DNA of 64,000 bases, from assembly GCA_973851085.1 (NCBI GenBank), contig OZ316776.1, forward strand, positions 930,001-994,000. The letters are read 5' to 3'. Each line of letters begins with the position of its first letter. The first letter of the stretch is position 1. The stretch is from Ptychomitrium polyphyllum. Lineage: Eukaryota. The notes beneath the pieces are model-generated. The model was not told the DNA's origin and did no database searches. It saw only the letters and a program-made list of their open reading frames with translations. Made by a program: the position numbers and the translations under genes. Below are positions 40,352 through 51,764 of the stretch, piece by piece.

Positions 40352-40548
40352 ATACGTTTAATTCTTGTACTTTACACATAGACCACTATGATACGTTTAA
40401 TTCTTGTACTTTACACATAGACCACCATGATACGTTTAATTCTTGTACTTTACACATAGACCACCATGATACATTTAATTCTTGTACTTTACACATAGAC
40501 CACCATGATACGTTTAATTCTTGTACTTTACACATAGACCACCATGAT
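40352..40548. repeat. 39 bp minisatellite x5
   Basis: ATACGTTTAATTCTTGTACTTTACACATAGACCACCATG in five head-to-tail near-identical copies without spacers. Confidence 0.95.
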
Positions 40549-41589
40549 GTCCTTGCAGATAATGTACAATATTTCTGAACCAGATTGATGAGCAAATCAC
40601 AATTTAGGTCTGTGAAGGTTTACATCTTTTGGAGAATTAAAGATTACAGAGCAAACCAATCTTACAAAGAACCTTTTACACTTGTTACACTACTACCAAT
40701 CTTAGTAGCTCTGCACCACTCTAGTTACAACAATCAGAGCATCTAGATATTGCTGTTGCTCTGTGCCCAACCTTGCTTGCTCCAATCATGCTTGCCAGAG
40801 ACCACATCCAGAGCACTCTAACAAAAATAAGCCTGCACCCAATAAAGTTGATAAACATAGCAACCTTTTAGTTGAAATCATACACTAGTTGGACGACAAT
40901 AAATCCTTGAAAACACGTAAACTCACTAGTACTTGTGAATCCTGATAAAAGGAAAGAGCCGAATGCGCGGAAATGAGGAGTACCGCTACGTAGAGGTAGT
41001 TAAGGTTGGCCTCAAGCACGAGTGACGTTTGATCTCACACATCCCCACAACTATCCTGTTGCTTCGTCAAGCCAGCCGCGCCGTTACATCCATCTACTTT
41101 AAGACAATCTATCGTTTGGCATGCACTGCAGTCCGCAAGCATTTGGCATATTCAAACATTGCCAACGTTATGACAACGTTATCAGAGTTGCAGCGTTTTC
41201 ACTAACCTGCCTGCGGGACTTCTCGCGACGCTCTGTATGCAGTGTCTGGCAGCAATAGTGGGTTGTTGCCTCACGCAGTGGAATCTCGTTCACTCAGTCT
41301 CTCAAACTCTCCGCATGTCTGAAGCTACTTGGTGCACTTCACACATCTGCGCAATTCTGGAGTCGCCCATACTACGCCACCGCCACCGCTTGCACTCTTG
41401 AACTTACACGGTCGGCCTGCATCCACTAAGGAGTGAGGTACAGTCCTTGGTTTTGCAATCTCTTCATCTTGAACTTCTGTCACTTAATCTCATCCGTACC
41501 GCTCTGTCACTCAAATCCTTCAGTGCCCATAGTCTACCTATAGCTGCTGCGGTTCGGTTTTAGAATCTTTCCATGTGCGAGTGTTTAGG

Positions 41590-44500
41590 TATAGGGCGGT
41601 TGCTGGCACCAATCATGAATAAATATCACATAACAAGTGCAGCCCAAAACACTGTGTTCAAGTGAGAAACTGTATACATGAACAAAAAGTGGCAACCATT
41701 GACGATCTAGAACAGAGTACACAACATTCCTGATTAGGCCTGGCCAATTAATGTTCTTTAGTTTTAGTTTTTCTTTGTCAAGGATTTCTGGGAACTCAAA
41801 AGTGCGAGAGACAGCAAGTATCAATTTTCAAAGGTTGGTATCAGCTGAGGACACATGCACAGAACAACCCAGACTATTTTTGACGGAGCCCAGTAATACA
41901 CCTGGACTTAAACCAGCATTTCAGTGTACTAGACATTCAAGCCATTCTCATCTTCGACAGTTCTGTGTAAGCTGGTATGTAAGGGCACACCTAGCCGTTG
42001 CCGCTGGCGCCATCAATTTCCGCACGAGTCCGGGATCAAAGAGTTCACAGAAAGTGCTATCAAAATATGCATCACATATAATGATCTTGACAATCAATAT
42101 CTCTCTCTATCTATATATAAACATCACACGTATATATATGTGTCAATGCTTCTTACCTGAGAAACAACCCTTTCCAGGACGCCCCCAGAATCTCCTGCTG
42201 CACCCCATGCTGGGGCTAATGCGTCAAGTTCATCAAAGAAAACTACACACAGCCTAGCTGCCCTTGCCTGCGTCATCGAAAATCATTGAGAACGTAAGAT
42301 TCTTAGACTGGCATTTGAAAGTTCGATACACTTTGAATTGCATCTTCTCAAAAGATTTTCTTCTCCATCTGACAAAGTAACACATTTAAAATCGAAACTT
42401 GCAGTCACCTTTTGCCCTCGAGAATGAGATAGTTGGCAAGTTCTAAAGAGCTACTAAGAGCGAGGCCACTAACAAGTAAATGGGCGGCATATACAACTGG
42501 GTGGTAATTCAACCTTTTGAAAAACATCCCGCACAATCTTCTCTAACTCCCAAATGTACATGTTGATGAGCTCCGGCCTTTGACACTGAGAAAGTTCAAC
42601 CAGCACTCAGTTGCAATCGCCTAGCTAGCAATGTTAAATGACATGATTCGCTTCAAGGATTCAACCTAACTTTAGCATTTGCGTATAATCAGAGCAAGAT
42701 TAGACCGGCGAACCGAAGAAGGTACAACGAATATCATGCCTGCCTAAAGCACAAAAATTAACTCGTACCTTTCCCGTTCCAGGTGAACCAAACCCGAGCG
42801 TTTCGACGCCCACTTGCAAAAGCTCTCGATGAATCGATGATAACTGTACAATCCAACATTCCAACATTCAAGAGTCCTACTTGTGCATCGGTACGAATAG
42901 ATTGGTAAATAAGCAGAAAAAAACACTCTACTGAAAACCTAATAGTGCAGATCTAATGTGATATTGAGGATGTCCAATATGACAGCTGGTCTTTATTCAG
43001 CGGAAAGGTGCAAGACGCAGCGCCTGTACTGTGTTGAGAATGGCCTTTTTCACACCTTCGAGCCCCCCACATCTTCCCATTTCACATTTGGCACCTGGAA
43101 AAATATAACAACTAAATCATCAGGAGAAGTAAGGTAGATTAGCCTATTACCAACATGCTTACTTAACCATCATCATTAATGGAGAACGTAAAATGTCTCA
43201 TGGACCTAGAGGAAGAGGTAAACCTTTGGGGTACCGATAGCAGAAGCAGTTCGTTTCTACAGTTGGTCAAACAGTTCTTGAACATCCTCAGCTTCAATGC
43301 TAGTGATCCACGGATCACTGTCATTGCTGACTTCCCAATGCTCAGTGCATTCTGTTATCGATACCAGTATATGTGAGCACAGTTTTGAGAATTACCATGT
43401 CACTACATGTAAGCATGATCATACAGCAGAAACCACTTTTGATCTAATTCGATAACAGTTTGCTCAAAGAGCCTTCGATATATAACTGTTTGCATAGCTG
43501 GACCTCATTCAAAATTCAGCACAAAATGAGCAGATTAAACTATTTTCTTGAAATATAACTAAACGTAGCAAGTACACAAAGGATCCTAAAACAACAAAAT
43601 CTATTTATCTTGACGAAGAAGATGTTCATCGTAAACTCTACACTTAATCCAATCTCGCCATGTAATTAAACTATACGACATATTCACAAGCAGCATGCTT
43701 TCTGGATGCACATTCACCAAGAACACCGAGTGACATCGTGCCCAGCATGAATCGGAGTTCACGGAATAGGTTGCAAGGAGAGAGGCTATCGTACATGCGT
43801 TATGTCCAAGTCCTGCGCCCATGTCGAATCATTTCCACCTTCAGGAGACGAATTTCGGCACAGGTTCGAGATGGCCGAGCCTTTCTCAAGGTCGTGACCT
43901 GAACCAAGGTCCTCTTTCTGATCATGCTGCAAGTGAGCATGTATGCCTTCTCGCAATGCAGCACCTGTCGGCGATATGCTCTTCGCTTGGTCCTGCCTTC
44001 CGCCACCTAAGGGGCCTCGTCAAGGCCCTCGATCGCCTCCACAACAGCACAGCCGCGGAGAAGACCTATGGCCGTCTTACCAGCACAGGTGAACATGCAC
44101 AATATGCACAGGTGGACAGGTCTTACCTGCGAGCAGTCTCCAAAGCACCGGATAGCGCACTCGGCCGTTTCACGTTCAGTGGCACCAAGGAGATCATCAC
44201 AGTCTACTCCTACGACATGCAGGCCCGACTCTTCAGCTGCCATCTCCACTAGCGCTCGCTTCCCCATTCCCGAACAATTTACGTGTGGAGTTGGCGGAGC
44301 CAGTACAGGCAAGCATGTGCGCTTCGTACACTTACGGCAAAGACCTCTTACTTACTCATTGTCGTCACTTGCCCCGACCGATGCAAGGGACGAAACCTGG
44401 AAGCGCGAGGATATGCGATCGTCTTATAACTACTAGGAGCTAAGCGGCTGCACTGTTCTGATTGACCGATCGGTTGGCAGATGCCATGGTTCGATGGTGT

Positions 44501-46739
44501 AGAAAGCTACGCCCGGATGAGGTACGGAAGGAACAGTTTGTAAACCATCGTATGTTGTAGTCTCATGCACCTTCTCTATCTTCACCGAGACTTGCACAAA
44601 ACCTCAGAGAGTCCAACCATTTGCTTGCAGGAGGGAAGCAGCAGTCCAAATGCATTCGACACTCTGACATTCCACCAAAATTGGCCGTCGACACTGGTGA
44701 TCCACAGAACACGAAGTCAGATAAGAGCATGAGAAGAGGAGAATTGCACCCCTTGGCCCATGAAGTACTACCCCACCGCGAAGGCTCAACCGCCATGCTT
44801 GAGGATGTATACAGGGAGCGAAGAAAGTCGTCATGATCTATATCTCAGGATGCTCGGTTGGGCTTGAGAAGGTAAACTGTCTTAGACCCGTCCAGTGTGA
44901 GATGGCCAGAACCGGGAGTGGTAACTCTGAAGGTGCTGCCTAGTGCCTAGTGCACCACCTAGTGCAAGGCCCGTTTTGTACCTATTCACAAGTGATGGAC
45001 TTGCAGGTGGAGGCTCCAGTCCAAGACCTCTCAAATACACAAAGATCAGTCTGTGGCTTGGTTCCGTAAGCAATGAAGAGAACCGAAAACAACGAGCAAA
45101 ATGCACTCTTGGTAGGATTCAGGAGGCATTATCGTCTGCATGGAAACTAGAAGCGCTCGTCTCATAAATCTCATGCACGAAGGCGGACTTTCTGACGTGA
45201 TCGCCATTAAACACCTAGCGTAATGTGACCACAATTCTTGCAGACGCGCTATTGGAGAGACCTTGAAATGTATCAGCTCCTCTTGCTCGGTGTCGACATC
45301 TCCAAACGAAATAGGCAAGGTTAAATGGGGAGGCGGAACCCTTATCGTCAGAACATCACCTTCTGCCAAGGACCTGTCACCTTCTAAGTAACTTGCGGAC
45401 GCTGTATCAATCCTCGCCTGCCCATCCATCTCGGAGGCTGCTCGATGGTCTTTCTGTTCATTGAGATTTGCTGCCAACGCAGGAGTCCGAATGTGTGCGA
45501 CCCGTACACGAGCAGCATACTGCATCACCCCATGCAAAATTCTCTGTGCAGCATTATGAGCAAGGCTTTTCGGAATTTTCTCCTCCAGAAACCTGAAGTA
45601 GATAAACCTCTAATGTTGGTGTATCGCGAACGACTTGATCACCACTATCAGAGGACACAACTCAAGCTGCGTTGCCATGACAACAACCCTTCCTACTTAG
45701 AATATCCAGCCATGCTCCATGTATCGAGTGCCTGTATTGATTGCTAAAGGTGGGGACATGTATGCACCTAGAGGCTCGACGGCTCCTGTCGTCAGAGACA
45801 TCCTGAAAATGGGGAACGTGTCAATTCTTCAGCCGCTGTGTGCAAGCCTACAGGAACACTTTTATCCAAACCGCTCCTCGCTGTAGATCATGTCCCTAGA
45901 GGGTCAAGGACGATGATTCGCGCTGGACTTCCAACATTGGTTCTCGAATTTCTGACTGATACCTGCTTGAAAAAAATCCACACATATCCTTGTCAAGAAC
46001 ACACCATGGAGCTAGTATGCGGACCGTACAGTCAATTACACATCCTTGACATCACCGTATGACATACTTCGCCTGAACACTATGCTCCAAATCCACAGAC
46101 TGTTTCGGCACCATCAGAAGTATCAACGTTGAAATCTAAAACGCAAAAATAGTTCCGCTGAGGGATCCAGCGCGAGTAACACTGGCAATCATGATCTGTT
46201 TCAGGACGTAACATTCTCAAACCCTGAAAACAATCAGTTCATCGGCAATGAGCAACGATTGCCTGATTCTAGTTATACACACCACCAAATCAACTGGCAA
46301 TTCGCCTGATCTATCATGCCTACAAGTGTTATTGCTCGGACTTTTTTTGATTCAGAGATAATTATAGTTCAAAATACCATCGACTCAGCTCACAGCGAAA
46401 CGTACACAGGATCCTGACGAAAGAGTGAGGTCCTGTAGAGCAGACAGAGACAGATCCAACATACTGACCTCATCCCATGACGAAATTATTAATAAAATTG
46501 TCAGCATTGGCTACCTTCACATCTTTCCCCGTCCCGATGCTTTCCAACATCCCTCGCATTCCCTCCCTCGTGAACTATAGCAAACCAGGCTAACGATGCA
46601 CAGAGACTCTCGACGCAAGCTGCTCCGCTCTGCCTCTCCATTGACTCCTGCACAGACCCTGCTCGCTCTTTCTCCTCCAGCCCCACAAGACAAGCATCCC
46701 CAGTTCCTGCAACACAATAGGCTTCCGCTCCCGCACCGT
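41590..46739 (-). pseudogene. PEX6: Peroxisome biogenesis AAA ATPase PEX6, unprocessed pseudogene, 3' truncated
   Basis: Collinear PEX6 segments: (ACG)VRERKPIVL at 46739; YLEGDRSLAEGDVL..LIHFKV ~45400; LVNRYKTGLALGG ~44980; FAPCIHP..VVLHGPRG ~44800; GKRALVEMAAEESGLHVVGVDC ~44250; L*KRTASAIGTPK ~43250; VPNVKWEDVGG(fs)LEGVKKAILNTVQ ~43060; GSPGTGK ~42780; AIATECWLNFLSVK-PELINMYI ~42580; [26 protein letters not shown] ~42200; LFMIGASNRP ~41600. It carries several stops, frameshifts and deletions. Confidence 0.9.
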
Positions 46740-47919
46740 AACTCTCCACCCAACTGCTCCCCAAACTCTCCACCATGTTGAGCTCCAAACTCCTTCACTT
46801 CCACGAACTTCAAACCCATCATGACTCCCACAATAGCATCCCGTCCCGTGCACCGAAGCAAAACACCCCGACCCCATCTCTCATACTCCACAACCAACTC
46901 CGAACTCCATAATCTCTTATGCTCTTCGCTCTCCCAGTTAATACAACACGCCTACATCTGCAGTGGTCTGTACCTGCATCTACAGTAGTCTACCGGCCTC
47001 ACGCAGTGTTTGTCCTTTCACTTCGACTCCCAAATCCTCACTACAAATCACCAACGTCTGGAACTTCTACACAAGGATTTTAAGGTTATCGGCAAGCGTC
47101 TGAACGTGCCAGGAGGTGTTTGTTCAGCGCCAGCGTCACCTTCGTTCTTCTCAACCTTCCGACCTCGCTCTAGCTCTACCTCTCCTCCTTCGTCTCGCGA
47201 TCTCTTCAGAATCGGGACTCTTTCACTGGATCTCTCTCGTCTCGCTTTCAAACCTGAGTGTGCAGTACCCACTGGTACGGTAGTTGGCGCTGCTAGTCTG
47301 CTTTTCAATCTTTTCATATGCAAGTATTTGCTTTGAGTGCGCAGATTCTGCGTACTCCTCAGTAGGCGTAGATGTAGCTTTCCATTTCGTGGGCTTAGTT
47401 GTGGGTAGTTCAAGGAGGCGAAGTCGTCCGCACTTTGGGTTTCCTAAATTCTTCAGAACTCCATCAAGGTAAATCTGTTTACTTGGATTGATTCTAACAA
47501 CTCAAAACAGGATTACGTTGCAGATGAGTACACTCTTCTGATCTGTACTCGGCCATCGTTTCTGATTAGGACCTCACTTCGGCTGTAGCCGGGCAAGAAG
47601 CGCAAGCGCGTTCCAGTGGTAGGGCGGTAAGCAGTGATGGCAGCCGCAGTGCACCCACCAGTGAGACCATAGCATCGGAGTTGTCGGGCTCTTGCACGAT
47701 AGGTGGATCAATGGAGGTCGAATTGCACGCAGCCGTTGCATCTGGGAGCGAGCATGCAAGCAGCTCATCGGTGCCATTCTTCCCCGCATGCAGTGCGACT
47801 ATGCAGTGGTGGAGGGGCAGCGGAGTGCAAAGCGCGGTCCTATTTCGGAACGAGAGCAACACATCGAGCGTTCGGGCGTTCCGAGGTTCAATGGAGCCAA
47901 CTTTCGGAGCCCCTTGATT

Positions 47920-48990
47920 GTAGGGAGCGCTTGAATTTGTTCAAACTCGTACGAGCTTGGTTGGGCGGAAAGGGTCGGTAGAGATGGACAACCTGAAACT
48001 GTTCAAGGCTCGGCAATCGCATCCCACCTGGGGTTGCTTCGTCACAACATTTGGTGACAGTTTGGGTGTACAAACTCGTTGGAATAAGTTGGAGGTGGGC
48101 GAGAAGTTTGCGGAGGGCAACCGGGCTGAGCTCTTCCATGCCCACGTCACTTGGGCGCATCCAAGGATTGACGAGGTGGGTGAGAAACATGACGTGGAGT
48201 GGAGTGGGTTGTCAAGGTGTTCAAGATGGGCACTTTGCTGCAACACTTGCAAGCCCAATGGCCCCACGGATGGCTGCAGGTTCACGTACACATTTGTGAG
48301 CGTACCATGACTAAGGAGTCAATACTGAGGAAGTTCACTAGTAATGTGCAACATTATTGAGGGATGGCAGGTTCGCATTTATGATGCTACGGAGGATCTA
48401 TTGAGTGTCATTACTTACAAAATGTCAACAAATTTTGGCAAGAAGTATGTACCATTTCAAGAAAACAACATTACAGTTGTTGAATTGATCAAGTATTGTA
48501 TTGCACTTGGGATGAATTTGTTGCACAAATACAACATTGTTCATAGGAACTTAAAGGCATTCAAGGTGCTAATGAGAGAATGTAAAATCAAGGGATATTG
48601 GAAATGTTATGTAGCGGATTATGAATGTTTAGTTGGAGTTGTAAGAATGAGGTTTTGATAGACACTTGAGATATTGCAAGCATGTAAATAGAGAAATGTA
48701 TTGAAGAAACCGAAGTTGTTTATAAGACAAATAGACTTCTATAGTTATGGGATGACATGTTATAAGACATTAACAGGGGAATTTCCTTTTAAGGATCATC
48801 CTTATAATGACCATGATCTTGTCTTAAATGGAAATGGACTAGAGGTGCTAGAGCGTATTGAAGATTAGACATGTGGACTTTTATATTGGTATTGGCAATT
48901 AAAATCCTTGAATAGACCTTCATTTGGAGATGTGTTAGAATTACTTGAAGCTAATTCAATAGTGGTTAGAGCTTACAAGGAACATGTAAA
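47920..48990 (+). pseudogene. Protein kinase pseudogene (bryophyte-expanded TKL-like family, inferred)
   Basis: LEVGEKFAEGNRAELF (Gly loop), IALGMNLLHKYNIVHRNLKAFKVL (catalytic loop with D to N), VADYECLVGVVRMRF**TLEILQ, DFYSYGMTCYKTLTGEFPF, NRPSFGDVLELL. Multiple stops and frameshifts; no introns evident. Confidence 0.85.
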
Positions 48991-49359
48991 ATGCAATGCT
49001 TTATAAGTGAGTAACTTTGACTAAAGAAAGAATGAGTCAAGAGTGTGTTGTGGTAGATTCTTTTTTAATATATAATATATGTAATTTAAATATTAATGCC
49101 TATGTTCATGAATGGCTAAGTATGTGTGATTATGCTGAAGTGCAACAAAGAGTATTGAATATAGTATAAATGGAAAAGCATTCCCTTGCCTAAACTACAC
49201 AGCACACACTATGTGGGACAGTAATTCAGACTCCAGAGGTGTGGTTTTTTAATCAAAGGACACGGCATTGCTACGTTGCTCAGTAGAATGTCATAGACTT
49301 CGATGACTTAGCAGTGGGTTGGAAATTATTGTTAATGACCTTCGAGAATTTTGAGTGTA

Positions 49360-49830
49360 TTTTCATTTCAGTTCATGGAACTACTAGGTTCCTGCATTTG
49401 TGGGAAAAGGTTACTGTTGCTGTAACTTCTCGATTTTTGACACAGTTGTTGCGAGACATGCTGTTCAAATATATCATGTGGCCAGCATCAAAGCTGCATA
49501 TTCCCGGGATTGCTTTCGAGACATGGGTATCCTCGGACACAGCTGTTCCCTCGTTTTAGTCGATGACATTTTCAAACCTTAGTTCAAGAGATGAAGCGCA
49601 ATATTGAATGAAAGGATGTGCAGATAAGCGAAAGTTAAGATGTTGCACGGTTCCCGGTTGGCGCCGATGTACCGGTACTCTACCATCCACTGAGTCTTCG
49701 AAGAATTCCAAGGTTAGGCTCGGTCGTAATAAAGTCGGTACAGCAAATGTCTGTTACAGTGAGGAAATTCCGATTTACAACTAAATTCTGGTTTTCAAGG
49801 AATTGGAAGACCAGGATACAGTTGAAGTGA
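49360..49830 (+). pseudogene. Possible degenerate ubiquitin-like domain relic
   Basis: IKSVQQM..(fs)EEIPIYN*ILVFKELEDQDTV (49729-49823) resembles ubiquitin [24 protein letters not shown]. A weaker match lies upstream (EKVTVAV..FDTV..DMGILGHSCSLVLV). Confidence 0.3.
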
Positions 49831-50684
49831 TCAGACATGAATATGAAGACCAAGAGACACGCCACTGCACAATTCCTCCAACTCCTACTCTCTTTACAGA
49901 GCATCTTCATGATAACAGAGAATCTCAGCTTAGTACATGGTATCACCCGTCAAAAAATTCATTGGACTCGCTCTACCTTTAGTTCCTTGAGGTTCTCACC
50001 TCAGACCTAACCTTAATTGCCGGCCTGATCTCCAAAATCGCCTCCTCCTAGATCTCCTGTATGTTCTAATCTCAGTTATCCCAACGATGCAATGCTGATA
50101 TGTACACCTCACGTCACATCCAGCCTTCGGGTGCCCGCGGACAGACATTAGCCCTCAAGACACTTCCATGGAGTTGCCGAAGCAAGCACCGAACAATCCC
50201 GAATCCCGGGATGATTCGACTGGCAGGCCAGCAATCTCCAGCCAAATCTTCAATTACCCGAGAAATGGTAAGGGTTGGCATGCTTCGCGATTCGCAGGAT
50301 TGCCGATTGTCCTTCGCAAGGCGCAAAACAAATCACCGATTAAAATCCACAACCTTATCTCATCGCACAAACACGCAAGCGAAGATACATCGACCCAAAA
50401 AAGAGATCTCCCATCGGTAATTGAAGACCAGTTTATTCCAGAACAAATTGAATGTATGTGGACCTCCCATTTGGAGATCCAATTATATGCAAACCAAAAC
50501 CTAAAGCAAACCATGTGACGATCAACTCCCCAACTTTGATCAATCAAGTCTGTCAAGCTCTGTTTTGAGATGATCAACTTGTCCTATACCCTAAACCCTA
50601 ACAAATTCGGTTGATTGATCCTAGTGAATGCTGAACTTTGTTGCAGAACTTGACTTGTCTTTGATTCTCTCGGAAGTGGTAGTT

Positions 50685-51764
50685 CTAACCTGAGCCCGTG
50701 ACTCTGGAGAAGAAGCTACTGAAGCTCGACTTCCCGCCACTAACAACCACCAATCTGACAATGGAGTCTACTTCGATGTTATAGTCGAACAGCGTCTTGT
50801 CATCGTCCAGCTCCACATCGCCCAGCAGCAGTTTCTGCTTGTGCATGGCAATGCCCTCCTTGTCCTGCACCTTCTTCTTGATGGCCTGGACTGTGTGGAA
50901 GCTCTTGAGGTCGATGACAATGGACTTCCCCACCACCGTTTTCACGAAGAAGTGGAACGACGAGCCGCAGCACTCGAAGCAAGGGCAGTCACCGAGGTGC
51001 TTGGACCGGCGCAGCAGAAAGAAAGAGTCGCCGCGGTTAATGTTGAGCTCGCCAAGTGTGACGTCGTCGGGAAGGTCCGCATTATTCATCTCGCGGTTGA
51101 AGAAGCCGTAGCCGTAACGCAGCTTTAAGCGCTGGTGGTACGGCGGGATGCCCTCCACCTGGTGCAGCATGGCCTTCACATCGCGGATGGTGTCACTCTT
51201 GCGCACCTCCAGCGTGATGGTGCGGTCCAGCAGCGCGATGCACACCGTCACAGGCATCAGCCCTACGGGCTCCATGGGCACCATGCGCAGCACGCTGTCC
51301 TTGGCCACGTTGTACTCATTCAGGGTTTTGCCGTTGACGAGCTCCTCGTCGTTGAAGATGAGCCGCTGCCGCCCCGCGGGCGAGCCATCCTCGTCGCGGA
51401 CCTTGGACTTGACGCTAAAGATGGTGGCGTTGCGGCTCACGGTGAGCGCGATGGGATGGTCCGAGCGTGGCGTGTTGACGTAGATGCGCATGGTGTGGAT
51501 CGTCTGGTCTGCGGACAAGGCACGGCAAGCCATGCACTTGCACCACCACATCTGCAGCGTGGACGTGTTGTCGATTTGGTAATCCTCGAGAGCGCGCTCG
51601 TCCTTGAGCAGACGACCGCCATAGCTCAGGCGCTGGAGGTTGGAGGCGATCACCTCGCTCCCCTCGATGGCCTTCTTAACGGCGGACACGGTGTTTTTCG
51701 GGCTGGCATCGATCTGGATGGACCGCACCGCGTCGCTTTGCCAGTCCCGCGCCTCGATCAACAT
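50685..51764 (-). CDS. Divergent tetra-ubiquitin-like domain protein, ~359 aa, intronless CDS
   Basis: Uninterrupted GC-rich ORF. The first ATG is at 51764 (the track starts at a GTG, 51797). Four UBL repeats with TV/TI..VK..EG(I)P..QRL..L.D..TL.(D/E)YNI patterns. It ends VRLVVVSGG-KSSFSSFFSRVTGSG*. Confidence 0.88.
   Translation of the reverse strand: MLIEARDWQSDAVRSIQIDASPKNTVSAVKKAIEGSEVIASNLQRLSYGGRLLKDERALEDYQIDNTSTLQMWWCKCMACRALSADQTIHTMRIYVNTPRSDHPIALTVSRNATIFSVKSKVRDEDGSPAGRQRLIFNDEELVNGKTLNEYNVAKDSVLRMVPMEPVGLMPVTVCIALLDRTITLEVRKSDTIRDVKAMLHQVEGIPPYHQRLKLRYGYGFFNREMNNADLPDDVTLGELNINRGDSFFLLRRSKHLGDCPCFECCGSSFHFFVKTVVGKSIVIDLKSFHTVQAIKKKVQDKEGIAMHKQKLLLGDVELDDDKTLFDYNIEVDSIVRLVVVSGGKSSFSSFFSRVTGSG

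Noticed and set aside
40352..40548. CRISPR-like array or repeat protein ORF 40386-40595
   Set aside because: Units are contiguous with no unique spacers, there are no cas genes and the context is eukaryotic. The ORF exists only because the unit is 39 bp.
43821..44436. Plus-strand ORFs of 143 and 122 aa as an inserted gene
   Set aside because: They are antisense shadows of PEX6 D1-domain exons.
47010..47472. ORFs of 108-121 aa upstream of the PEX6 relic
   Set aside because: No recognisable motif or convincing start.
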